A stretch of 64,000 nucleotides of DNA from Tetramitus jugosus (taxonomy: Eukaryota > Protista > Heterolobosea), in contig OW569348.1 of assembly GCA_937625935.1 (NCBI GenBank), positions 1 to 64,000 of the forward strand, in the 5' to 3' direction. Of the stretch, positions 32,305-42,734 are shown piece after piece. The notes under the pieces are model-generated. The model was given only the letters and a program-made list of their open reading frames with translations. It ran no database searches and was not told the DNA's origin. Numbering within the stretch: the first letter of the stretch is position 1; each line of letters starts with the position of its first letter. A program made the position numbers and the translations under genes.

Positions 32305-33639
32305 TCATGTTCGCTCTAGATAATTGACATAGTGTGCGATTGGTGTGGGCATCATTGGCACCTCATCACCAGAGTAGTTATCGTCATTGTTTGAACCTAC
32401 AGCATAAACGTCCTGTCTGAGCATGTCCCAATCATAGATCCAGTCAAGAACAAAACCCAATCTATTGAAGAGATCGATAAACAAACTCCTCATCCACACA
32501 TAATCAGGGTTTTGATCAAAATCTAACTTTTTCACATATTCCATAAATGTGACAAACTCTCGAGGCAAGCCAGAGCATAATTTCTCTAGTTTTGTCGATG
32601 ATTTCTTCTTGTGAATCTGTTGATACTTTTTCTCTCGGTTTGGTGCTGTCACACCCTGCCAGGGCAGAGATCCCTTCAGAAAATATACTAATAAATATCC
32701 TACGCTTTCCAGGTCATCTCTTCTCGATTGTTCGATTCCATTATGACTGTTCAGTGAGGTGTACCGAACTGTACCCGTCAGCGATTTTCCTTTCCGGATC
32801 TTAATGTGACTGTTTTTGTCTAACATATATTTCTTTGCCAATCCAAAATCAATCAAGTACAAGTGATGAGCTGTTCTACCTCTACCCATCACAAAGTTCT
32901 CCGGTTTTAAATCTCTGTGAATGTAGTGTCGCGAGTGGAGATACTGAAGTCTGCATATCATTTGATCAGCAATCATCAGCGTCGTCTTTAGTGAAAACTG
33001 TCGACCACAGAAATGATGTAAATCCTCCAGCGTCGGACCTAACTTTTCCATTACTAAAATATTGTATGACTCCTCGACACCGAACCAATAAATTTTTGGC
33101 ACACCGACCACATCTCCATTATAAAGGAGCGTGTTTTCATCTGCGAGCACTGAAATCGGTCTCTTAGACTCTACAGTGGATATCGCCGTCTGTTGTACCA
33201 GAGGAGGAAGTGATGACGACGAATTGGACTCAAAATTGTTCTCACATTCTCTTCGATAATTTGTTTCTGTTGTACACTTCTCGTTTCCTCTATTAAATGA
33301 AGATCCTCTCTTGGGCTTGTATTGTGAGGTATTGTGTAAAATTTTGTAAAGTCTACTTTCGTACAGCAATTGAGGAAACTTTGTTCGCAAAGGCTCAAAC
33401 TTGATCGCTACGTGTGTATGAGAATGGCAATCATATGCCACTCGTATCACACCAAAACTACCACTGCCCAGTCTCTTTTGAACAACAAATTGCCTGTTCA
33501 CAATCTTGGGATAATCATCCGAACCTCTGTTCAAAATAGCAATCAAATTTCCATCTCTCCTTCTCTCATTGTTGGGCTTACAAAAACCATAGTGTGGTTT
33601 AGAGGTACCATTTGGTGGGAGAAAGCTATGAGCATTCAT
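32305..33639 (-). CDS. Casein kinase 1 family kinase with a ~75-aa N-lobe insertion
   Basis: Motifs GSGSFG, PQLLYES, HRDLKPENF, IDFGLAK, LTGTVRY, EQSRRDDLES and LPWQG. Confidence 0.96.
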   Translation of the reverse strand: MNAHSFLPPNGTSKPHYGFCKPNNERRRDGNLIAILNRGSDDYPKIVNRQFVVQKRLGSGSFGVIRVAYDCHSHTHVAIKFEPLRTKFPQLLYESRLYKILHNTSQYKPKRGSSFNRGNEKCTTETNYRRECENNFESNSSSSLPPLVQQTAISTVESKRPISVLADENTLLYNGDVVGVPKIYWFGVEESYNILVMEKLGPTLEDLHHFCGRQFSLKTTLMIADQMICRLQYLHSRHYIHRDLKPENFVMGRGRTAHHLYLIDFGLAKKYMLDKNSHIKIRKGKSLTGTVRYTSLNSHNGIEQSRRDDLESVGYLLVYFLKGSLPWQGVTAPNREKKYQQIHKKKSSTKLEKLCSGLPREFVTFMEYVKKLDFDQNPDYVWMRSLFIDLFNRLGFVLDWIYDWDMLRQDVYAVGSNNDDNYSGDEVPMMPTPIAHYVNYLERT

Positions 33640-34191
33640 TTGTGGACTGGATCACTGATCGTTCAAGGGAAGAGCTTCAGTCTGACACCAACCAATCAAA
33701 AGAAGGATAAAAGCTTTTACTAGAATGCTTTTTCACAAGAGTAGCAACGAACAATTTGCAGAGGGACAAATTGCTCCTTTGCGAAGTTCCAGACATTCTC
33801 CGTTCGAAAATCACTACTGTAGTGGAGGGGTCAAAAACAACGGTGAAACCGTTAGTTCAAAAGAGGGTTATGACCTAGAAGCTCATGTGCACAAAATATC
33901 ATGAGTAAGACCAAAAATGAGATTCATTCAATGACTTGTTAAGGTGACCTTGGATCCAGGAGGATCTGCCACAATGCATAATGCATGTGATCACACTTCT
34001 TTTTCAGGAGGAGAAATGTGTTCAACTGTTTCGCTGAAGTCAACCATCCTAAATTTATTCTCCAACTTTCACACATTGTTCCCCGCCTTCAATTTGTAAC
34101 TTGTCGATTCTTCTCCGACATGAGAGTTTTTTTGTGGCCATCATCACCAATCGAATTCTTCACACAAATCAATCACACACGAAAAAAAACC

Positions 34192-35892
34192 ATGTCTTCA
34201 TTCGAGTTACCATCAATCAACACAAACACCAGTGGCTGGGGACCACAACCAAAATCAAACATTGACAAGAGCTTGCACATTCTCTTACCACCTGCACTCA
34301 ATCACAATGTAACATCATCAAACATTGTAACCTCATTGAAAACATTGATCAGTGATTGGACAGCACCTGCTTCAACAACAACAACATCACATCACAGAAG
34401 CTCTGATGCTCATGCTGAAAAGGCTGATTCTTTCACTGTTGTTGCTCACCAAACATCAAGTGGTGCTGCCTCTACTTCTGCCTCTGCTGCTCTTGGCAAG
34501 AGGAAAAATGCATGGGCCGTACAAAGAGAACATGCTCAATCCCAACAAAAGACATACACAATGGAACAACAGAAACAAATTCACAGAACGCTGAAGAAGA
34601 GCGGAGGTGGTGGTGCTGGTGCTGGCGCTGGAGCCAAGAACCGATTCTCCTATGGAACTCGTCAACAAAAAGAAGCTCATCAAGCTCAACTCTACAGAAC
34701 AATTACCACATCGATTGCTGTTAAGCCAGATTGGGAAAAGGTTGCCGCTTTTGCATTCAAGGACTTGAATTCTATGATTTTGTCAGAGGACGCACTTCCA
34801 CAAGTTGAAGATGTCAAAATGTGTGGTGAGTTGGAAGCTTATGACAAGAAGTTTGATAGAGTCAACACTAAGACTCCTGTTGCATTGAAGTCTACCAGCA
34901 GAGTGTTTATTGACAGCACAACCACCGAGGATCCTGTTTTGAATAATATGTCTGTCGGTGGTTCATCCAATGCAATTACAATGTTTGCCACTGATCAATT
35001 GTTGGCACTGTTGATTGCTGCTTCTAGAACAGTGTATCCATGGGATCTCGTCTTTAGAAAGGTTGGAAACAATATTTATTTGGACAAGAGACCAGGTATT
35101 CCAATGATTGAGTTGTTGACTGTGAATGAAAATTCTGTCAGAGACGCTCCTAGTATCGAAGACCGTGAGAAGAAGAACTTTAACAGCGCAAATATCGTGA
35201 CCCAAGAATCTTCCAATGCGAATCAAAACTTTTCACAATTTGTGCTCAACCAAAAATCGCGCACCAACCTCTCAGAGCCTAGTCCATTCCATGATGAAAG
35301 TATCACTGATGTTGCACCTGTTGGTTATCGTTATAGAAAGTGGAAGTTTAATGATAATTTGTACTTGGTTGCAAGGTGTGAGATTGATGCTGTTGTCGAT
35401 CCTCAGTTACCAGAAAGGAAGTATGTCTCTGTTAAGACATTGACTGAATATCACGGTGCTGCTACTCCAACAAACTGGAGAACCAGATTGGACACACAGA
35501 GATCTGCCGTCCTGTTGACCGAATACAAGAACAATGCTGCCAAGATGACTCGTTTCACTGCTCAGGCCATTTTGTCCGGTGTGGATCAAATGAAGGTTGG
35601 TTTCCTCTCTCGTGCTGGTCCAACCACCATCAAGCAACACCACATTTTGGGTGTTGAGACCTATATTCCATCTGCTTTGGCAAGAACTGTCAAGTTGTCC
35701 ACTCATAACATGTGGGGTGTAATCCAAGGTGTTGTCGGTGTTGTTGCCAAGCAAGAAGGTGACGGTGTGTTCGTTCTGCTCCATCCTCCAAACAAGCAAC
35801 AACTCGATCTGTACAAGATTAACAACGAAGACGATTTGGTCGAACCTAGCGACAATGCTGTCGATGAGGAAGACATCAATGACGAAGAATAA
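34192..35892 (+). CDS. EIF3D: Translation initiation factor eIF3 subunit d
   Basis: Motifs 'NTSGWGP', 'TTTEDPV', 'FATDQLL...SRTVYPWD', 'LLTVNEN', 'YRYRKW' and 'WRTRLDTQRSAVLLTEYKNN'. Confidence 0.95.
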   Translation: MSSFELPSINTNTSGWGPQPKSNIDKSLHILLPPALNHNVTSSNIVTSLKTLISDWTAPASTTTTSHHRSSDAHAEKADSFTVVAHQTSSGAASTSASAALGKRKNAWAVQREHAQSQQKTYTMEQQKQIHRTLKKSGGGGAGAGAGAKNRFSYGTRQQKEAHQAQLYRTITTSIAVKPDWEKVAAFAFKDLNSMILSEDALPQVEDVKMCGELEAYDKKFDRVNTKTPVALKSTSRVFIDSTTTEDPVLNNMSVGGSSNAITMFATDQLLALLIAASRTVYPWDLVFRKVGNNIYLDKRPGIPMIELLTVNENSVRDAPSIEDREKKNFNSANIVTQESSNANQNFSQFVLNQKSRTNLSEPSPFHDESITDVAPVGYRYRKWKFNDNLYLVARCEIDAVVDPQLPERKYVSVKTLTEYHGAATPTNWRTRLDTQRSAVLLTEYKNNAAKMTRFTAQAILSGVDQMKVGFLSRAGPTTIKQHHILGVETYIPSALARTVKLSTHNMWGVIQGVVGVVAKQEGDGVFVLLHPPNKQQLDLYKINNEDDLVEPSDNAVDEEDINDEE

Positions 35893-35950
35893 ATAATCAA
35901 AATTTCAATTGCACAAGAAAAGAAGAAGAAAACAGCAATCCTTGCATACT

Positions 35951-36487
35951 ATGAAACAACGTTTGCTTACCTGGTTCAGGCAAAATTCTTGGTGGCTGAC
36001 TGGATCTGATCCGTTGATGATGGACATGAGTGAGGACAGTATTGATGACAGCACCGATCCATCGAGTGGTCGTCCTTCGTTCTTCAAGGGACAGCCATTC
36101 CGAACAGCCACTACCTCTCTTCTCAAGTTTCTCTACTTTTATGTGTTTGTCAAGTTGTTTCTCTCGTTCATGTTTGACTGGGGCAGACACACCAACGATG
36201 GTGATCCAATCTCGAAAACAAGCACAACTATGCCAGTCATTAGCATGATCTCTCAGAGTCCCTATCACTCGGAGCTACCACCTGACCACTCGTTGAACAG
36301 ACGAGCTGCCTATGATAGCTTCATGGAGCTATACAATCACAATATCCACATATCCAACGGATTTCCTTCCGTGCCTGAATATACACTCCAGTATGAGAGG
36401 CAATTGGACAATGTGCGCTACCACTCGGATATTCAACCAGCTGTTGGTCGAAGAAGAACCGTCGGTTTGTCTAGCAGGCGGAGATAG
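35951..36487 (+). CDS. Hypothetical protein with one predicted transmembrane segment
   Basis: An ORF filling the gap between eIF3d and DUS2 on the same strand, with hydrophobic 'LLKFLYFYVFVKLFLSFMF'. Confidence 0.5.
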   Translation: MKQRLLTWFRQNSWWLTGSDPLMMDMSEDSIDDSTDPSSGRPSFFKGQPFRTATTSLLKFLYFYVFVKLFLSFMFDWGRHTNDGDPISKTSTTMPVISMISQSPYHSELPPDHSLNRRAAYDSFMELYNHNIHISNGFPSVPEYTLQYERQLDNVRYHSDIQPAVGRRRTVGLSSRRR

Positions 36488-36553
36488 AGAAAAAAAAGAA
36501 TCCACACACAGATTGCTACACAGAGAGATAGAGACGATAAGCCACATGTCAAT

Positions 36554-37621
36554 ATGAGCTTACTTGGTAGATTGGAGCGCCCCATTCGGACAATCAACTA
36601 TTCCAATGCAAAGATATTGGCCCCCATGGTCCGCATCTGTTCACTTCCCTTCCGCTATGCAGCAAAGCAATGCGGTGCTGATATAGTGTACAGTGAAGAG
36701 CTGATTGATAAGAAGTTGTTGCAATGTGAGAGAACTGTCAATGAAGAGACACAAATGGTTGAATATCGGCAATTGAATCGCTTGACGTCTCATCCTGTCT
36801 ATCGAACGAGTCCAGTGATCGAAGATAGGCCACTTGTGTTGCAAATTGGTACGGCAAATGTGGATTTGGCTGTGCAAGTCGCAGAGAAAATGTTTCCGGA
36901 TTATGATGCCATTGATGTAAACTGTGGATGTCCCAAGCACTTTTCTGTTCATAGTGGTATGGGTGCAAAGTTGTTGAGTGATAATCAGGAGAATATGATT
37001 CGTATATTGAATGGTTTGGTCAAGTCTGTGGGAGGATCTCAAGGAAAATCAGTCACATGCAAGATTCGCCTGTTGTCCACTGTGGAAGCAACAAAAGATT
37101 TGTTGCGTCGTGTGGAGCAAACAGGTGTGAATGCAATTGCTATTCATGCACGATACATTCCACAGAGACCTAGAGAAAGAGCTCACTTGCCTTTGTTGAG
37201 TGAATTGCGAGAGGCAGTACGGATCCCATTGATTGCCAATGGGGATTGCTTTAGGCATGAAGATATTGCTTTGATCAGAGAACAGACAGCATGTGACGCA
37301 GTAATGATTGCAAGAGGAGCCATTTGGAATCCAGCCATCTTTTCAAGTGATGAACGTATGAGACAAGAGTGGAGCAATCCACATGTTAGAGCACTTAAGC
37401 TCCTTCAAATATTCGAAGATTTGAAAGCTTCAATGAACCAAACGAGGTACGTTATACAACGAACGTACTGTGACGAGTCTGGAGATGGACCGTTTCTGGT
37501 CAATCTCAACAGGTCTACAACTTTTGAGCAAATGAGGTCACGTATCCAAGCTCAAATGCTTCTCAAACCATTCCGCAAAGGTGGTGCCACTGTTTTGTCG
37601 GACAATCATCAATCCGCATAA
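36554..37621 (+). CDS. DUS2: tRNA-dihydrouridine synthase (DUS2-like)
   Basis: Motifs LAPMVR, YSEELIDKK, LQIGT, IDVNCGCPKHFS, TCKIR, IANGD and VMIARGA. Confidence 0.92.
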   Translation: MSLLGRLERPIRTINYSNAKILAPMVRICSLPFRYAAKQCGADIVYSEELIDKKLLQCERTVNEETQMVEYRQLNRLTSHPVYRTSPVIEDRPLVLQIGTANVDLAVQVAEKMFPDYDAIDVNCGCPKHFSVHSGMGAKLLSDNQENMIRILNGLVKSVGGSQGKSVTCKIRLLSTVEATKDLLRRVEQTGVNAIAIHARYIPQRPRERAHLPLLSELREAVRIPLIANGDCFRHEDIALIREQTACDAVMIARGAIWNPAIFSSDERMRQEWSNPHVRALKLLQIFEDLKASMNQTRYVIQRTYCDESGDGPFLVNLNRSTTFEQMRSRIQAQMLLKPFRKGGATVLSDNHQSA

Positions 37622-37659
37622 AAAAATTCTCCCGCCGACCACCAAAACAAACAACAAAA

Positions 37660-38561
37660 ATGATCAGAAGAATCTTGACTGTCAGTGCAAAGTTTGCACC
37701 ACAACAACCATCAGCACAAGTGCGATTTATCCACGTACGTGTTTTTTATGTTTGATAGCTATCGTGTTTTTTCCACTACATTGATTTTCAAAAGCTAACA
37801 TGGAAAAACATGACAAAATTTTTTTTTAGGCTACACCAGTGTTCTATCAACAACAACAAGGCAATAACAACAAGAGAGCTGCAGTCATTCTGTCTGGTTG
37901 TGGATTCCTCGATGGTAACGATGTCATTGAAACCGCTGCTCTGAACATTCAATTGTCAAGACTGGGATTCGACACCAAGTTTTTTGCCCCTACACAAGAA
38001 ATTGAAACTTGTTTCAATTATGTGACCAGAAACCCCGATGCTTCTGAAGAGAGATTCCCCGACAAGGAAGCCGCTAGAATTGTGAGACAAAAGGTGAATG
38101 ATGTAGAGCAGTTGGCCTCTCAAGTGGAACAGTTTGATGCGTTGTTTGTGCCAGGTGGTGCCGGTGCATTGCGTAACTTGTCCAATTTTGAGTTGGAAAA
38201 GTACAATTTGGAGTACAGTGCTGTGCACAAGGGTGTCGAGAGATCCATCAAGGCATTTTACAATGTGAAGAAGCCTATTGGAGCGAGCTCTCAAGGTGGA
38301 TTCGTTGTGGCTGTTGTTCTCGGTACAAAGAATGGTGGTCCTGGTGTTCATCTCACATTGGGCAGAGCAGACAAGGAACAGTTTGATACTGTGACCAAAT
38401 TGGGCAGCAAGGCTACTGAATCACTGAATACTGTTGTGGATGATGATGCCAAGGTTGTCAGTTCTGGTGCAAGTGCCAATTCACCAGCTGTTGATCCATA
38501 TGAACTTTATAAGAATATGACTGAAGTCGTGAATGAAACTGTAAAGCTCATTCAGAAGTAA
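37660..38561 (+). CDS. ES1/ElbB (GATD3, DJ-1/PfpI superfamily)-like protein, probably mitochondrial; intron 37735-37829
   Basis: Motifs 'AAVILSGCGFLDG', 'EAARIVR' and 'PGGAGALRNLS'. Exon 1 (MIRRILTVSAKF...) resembles a presequence and splices in frame via GTACGT...TAG. Confidence 0.88.
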
Positions 38562-38677
38562 AGTAGGTACTCGAGGGGAAGTGTAGTAGTATTATTGTCT
38601 GTGAGTGGTTGTTATCACCCTATTCTCAGAGTTTGACAATAAAATATGATAGATTTATTTACAATACTATTTACCTT

Positions 38678-38760
38678 ATCAGTCAAATTACAATTGGATC
38701 CCCAACTTTCCAGCACAGTAAGTGGCATCAATTGCATTTAATCTACTCCTTGATGGTAGG
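38678..38760 (-). pseudogene. Degenerate copy of the 3' end of the neighbouring 39631-41256 gene
   Basis: Shares GATCCCCAACTTTCCAGCAC with 39649-39668. It translates as RSRLNAIDA..AGKLGIQL*FD*, versus RCRLDEIDKA...AGKLGIKLPID* in the intact gene. Confidence 0.6.
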
Positions 38761-39630
38761 CTGGCTTTGGCTAAAACAAGTTGTCGGGTAAGGAGGGTTC
38801 AGACTACTGCTACCCGTCCCACATCCAGAGTAGAACAAAGTTAAAACCCACCAGTTTTTTCGGAGCAATCAGAGTTAACATCCTTCGTTAAACAACTCAT
38901 CTTTTGTCCGAGGGCTTGACTCGGAAAGTGTGCTGCAGCAGAATTGAATAATTTTTCCAACCTCGCGTAAGCATGTTGTTCTAGAGGAAATATCCGTTCC
39001 TTTGGTTGTTGAGTTACGTGAGGGACAAACTCCAGTAGATTGGTTCGTAGTACCTTGACTCTTGATTATCAAGTTTATCTGAGAATCTATGTTCCAAGTG
39101 TTTAACACTGGTGGAAACTGGAACTACAGAAGTGTTAGGTTTCTTGCTCTCTGCATCAAAATAATTTGTTAAGTTCTTTTGTTCTAGTGAGTGGTGAAAG
39201 TGAACAAGCTTGTTTGAGCAACCTCTTCACGAGTTGACAACCCTGAATGATCCTCTCATGTATTGGTAGGAGTTAGGATCACCTCTTTTGCGATATTGAG
39301 GAGCCCTCATCTGGAACAAATTCTTCAACAGTTCCTTGGATGTGCTTTTACTGCTCGGAACCAGCTTTGGTAAAGTAGTTATTAGACTGTGGGTTTCCGT
39401 TTGGGAATAGAAGAGAAAAGAATGGCGAAACAATCCCGAGTCAATACCCTCTGGTTCGGATCCTTCCGTTCTCTTCTATCTTATAGTACCCTCAACAACT
39501 ACGCTGATTCACATGGCCCATCGGATCCTTTACAAAAAACTTGTTCTTGTCACAAATCGATGAAGAATATGATAAATTTATTTCCAATATTTACATTGTT
39601 GCTCAGGGAGTCTTCATAAATTCTGACGTT

Positions 39631-41238
39631 CTAGTCAATTGGTAATTTGATCCCCAACTTTCCAGCACGTTTGTTGGCTTGATCTTTCAACTTTGTGTAT
39701 TGCTGGTTAAAATCTTGGACGGCCTTATCAATCTCATCTAGCCGACACCTCAATTCCTCAACCAATTTGCTCTGACATTCTCTAACTTCACACTGAACTG
39801 CTTGAGACCAAGCTTTGAGTTCAACAGTTTGTCGATCAATCAAAGGAAGGATATCTCTGATGAGAAATCCAGCAATCTCTGGATCATCAGCAATAGTTTC
39901 TCTGAGTTCTCTGGATTTCAAAACAGCAACAAGTTTCTTTCCTTGTTGTTCTGGGATTTCAGTTTTGAGCATTGGAATTTCTTTATCCAGAGCAAACTCG
40001 CTTTCGAGGTCCGAGGGCGTCATCAAGTCAACTTTGTGCTTCAACCTGGATAATTCTTCTTCCACCGAATAAGAGAAATCCTTCTCAAATTCATCAAGTT
40101 GTTGATTCAGTAGCTGGTTGGTGGACTGCGATAAAACATCCATCAAACTCAGGACTTCATGTAATTTCCTCACCTTGATTTTCTTGAAAACTTTGTCTCC
40201 AATGACCACGCCAACAGCAGCACCAACGAGCGTTCCCACTCCTGGAGCAAACGCAGTACCAATGGCACCTCCCACGACACCTCCATATCCAACTGCTACC
40301 GCATGTCCCGCAACATGTCCAGAAGCACTGAAAATGTTGGTTTTTCCCTTGGCCAGCAATCTTCCTTCTTTGAAGAGATCGACTCCAATTGTGACAAATG
40401 GAATTGGAATCGCCATGTTCCAAAAAGTTAGAGCGTTAACTGCCGACATTGTACTTGGAATCATTCCTGCATGAGTAGCAGTAATTGGGTTGATACTACC
40501 TGTGAAACTACCTGAAGGCATACCCTTGAACGACTGATTGGAATTAAAAAGAGAATTGTCTTCTAAATTAGAAGTCCATGCCCCACCCGACATGGTATCT
40601 TGAAATGATTTCAATGTATAAGGCATGTAACCCATGGCTGCAAGATTTTCTTGATAGTTGCCTGGCATAGTGGGAAACATGAGAGAGTTTGGATTATGAT
40701 CAGGAGACGAGAAACCACCTTGATAGTTCATGCCACCGCTCGTGGCGGAACCTGGACTAAAAGGAGGAGTTCCTGGTGTAGCACCACTGATTCCAGCAAC
40801 TTTATCAAGTTGTATTCTATCCATAAGATAATTCAGAGGACTATTTGGATTATTGATATCCCCCATGGTGCCTTCCATGTACTTTGTGGCACAGTCAGAG
40901 AATATATTTTGGGCCACATCTTTCGTGAAGCAGTCCATCCTTTTCCCAAAGGTTTGACTTGGAAAGTACTTGGTTGCCATTGAGGCGACACATTCAAACT
41001 CTGCAGCAGAATTGAAGAAATCCATTTCACACATCTCTCTCAAGCATGAAACTCTGGCGGCCACATCCCGACCTCTTGTTTGGGGAACCTCCGGGAAGAA
41101 ATCTAAGACCTTTCGGCGAAGTACTTTCTGAAGGGAGTTTTGATCCTCAATGACCGAATCGATTTGAGAGATTACGTGATCCCACAGTTGATCAGTAGTT
41201 TTGGAGACTGGTTTTTCAGATGGATATGGTACTCTTGC
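39631..41238 (-). CDS. Glycine-zipper / coiled-coil protein of unknown function
   Basis: 'GYGGVVGGAIGTAFAPGVGTLVGAAVGVVIG' followed by a long heptad-rich helical C-terminus. Confidence 0.75.
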   Translation of the reverse strand, partial: ARVPYPSEKPVSKTTDQLWDHVISQIDSVIEDQNSLQKVLRRKVLDFFPEVPQTRGRDVAARVSCLREMCEMDFFNSAAEFECVASMATKYFPSQTFGKRMDCFTKDVAQNIFSDCATKYMEGTMGDINNPNSPLNYLMDRIQLDKVAGISGATPGTPPFSPGSATSGGMNYQGGFSSPDHNPNSLMFPTMPGNYQENLAAMGYMPYTLKSFQDTMSGGAWTSNLEDNSLFNSNQSFKGMPSGSFTGSINPITATHAGMIPSTMSAVNALTFWNMAIPIPFVTIGVDLFKEGRLLAKGKTNIFSASGHVAGHAVAVGYGGVVGGAIGTAFAPGVGTLVGAAVGVVIGDKVFKKIKVRKLHEVLSLMDVLSQSTNQLLNQQLDEFEKDFSYSVEEELSRLKHKVDLMTPSDLESEFALDKEIPMLKTEIPEQQGKKLVAVLKSRELRETIADDPEIAGFLIRDILPLIDRQTVELKAWSQAVQCEVRECQSKLVEELRCRLDEIDKAVQDFNQQYTKLKDQANKRAGKLGIKLPID

Positions 41239-41603
41239 GCCATTCATTATCATCAAGAGTACGTGTGGAAGTTTTTTGTCTGGGTTAGTGTTTACGCATG
41301 AAAACCTCTGGGCATCACTGCCTCCGATACATCATCTCTTCACACATCTAAAAATGATCGGCACATCTCCTTTGATGCACCTTAACTTTGTTCAGACACC
41401 AGCTTTGGAAATTGTTATGTGATCGTGCTTTTCTGTTTTTGGAAGGGATTTGAAATGAATGGAAACACAACCCCGCATGCATACCTTCTGACAAAACAAT
41501 CGTTCTCTGCTGTCCCAAAGTTTCTTTACAAGCACCTCAACCGGCTCAAACCTTGTGATCTGTTTTTCCTTTCTCCTTTCTATCGGAACAAACAAGAATA
41601 AAA

Positions 41604-42533
41604 ATGAGACCACCCCTCCAGAGGACAAAACTACTTGGTAGGGTTGGACAACACTGCACGTTTCCGGCCAGTGCTCGTCTTTACTCTTCAAAGGTGGTGT
41701 TAGTCACAAACAGAGAAGATTCTTCTGCTAGTGACAATGACACTCACAGAGTGAACAATCTGCGGGATGCTCTCTCCTATGTCCAGGTCAAGAGTAAAGA
41801 CACAAAGAACTTTGATATTAAATTGGATAGTGACACTGTTCACTACATCAATGATTCAATGAAGATGCAGTCCACCGTAAACATTACGATCTCATCTGCA
41901 TCGGATGACGCTCGAGCCCGGTTAATCTTGGATCAGACGAAAGAGAACTCATGGAATCTGTGGGGCAATGTAACGTTGAATGGAATTGACTGTTGCGGCA
42001 CTGACGTGAATGAAGCCTCTTTTTTTGTCATGCATGGGAGTGGTGACGTCAAGCATTGTTCTTTTGATAATGTCGTCCTGTATGTAACTAGCTCTGTAGG
42101 TTGCAAGGTACTGATATCGGACAACGAGTTTAAGAACATTCAAGCTCCTGCTGCTATCATTTGTATCACAACAAAGACCGCAATTGTTAATAACAAGATT
42201 CACAATTGCAGGAATCATGGGATCTATGTCTTTCACTATGGATATCATACAGATGAGACTGTGCATGCTATTGGTATTCGATGTGATTCATTTTCACGTG
42301 TAGTTGGGAATACAATTGCTCAATGTGGCGGTGCTGGTCTATTCATTGAGCATGGATACGCACAGAGTGAGTACAGTCACAATTTGATTGAAAATTGTCA
42401 AGTGGGAATACGTCACGTCATAGATGAGGGTTCCTCCTTGTCTAATGTGGACTCAAAAATGATAGACAACCGTATAATCAATTGCAAAGACGAGTTTGAG
42501 ATACTTTTTCAGGAAAACGAAATTAACTATTAG
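41604..42533 (+). CDS. Right-handed parallel beta-helix (pectin-lyase-like) repeat protein
   Basis: Repeats 'IVNNKIHNCRNHGIYV', 'VVGNTIAQCGGAGLFI' and 'SHNLIENCQVGI'. The Arg-rich N-terminus may be a presequence. Confidence 0.75.
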   Translation: MRPPLQRTKLLGRVGQHCTFPASARLYSSKVVLVTNREDSSASDNDTHRVNNLRDALSYVQVKSKDTKNFDIKLDSDTVHYINDSMKMQSTVNITISSASDDARARLILDQTKENSWNLWGNVTLNGIDCCGTDVNEASFFVMHGSGDVKHCSFDNVVLYVTSSVGCKVLISDNEFKNIQAPAAIICITTKTAIVNNKIHNCRNHGIYVFHYGYHTDETVHAIGIRCDSFSRVVGNTIAQCGGAGLFIEHGYAQSEYSHNLIENCQVGIRHVIDEGSSLSNVDSKMIDNRIINCKDEFEILFQENEINY

Positions 42534-42734
42534 TACTGAGTCATGTACTTCACAAACAATCATGTATCATTGTAAAGTTGTATCCAAACGTTTCTTGCGG
42601 AATTGGTCAATCCAATTGAGGACAAAGTGCACAAATTTGCTTTTTTTCCGTGTTCAGTTCACACAAAACAACCAAAACAAACAAAGTAAGATCTGCTGCA
42701 GAACAACGTTGACCACACAACAAAATCATCATTG

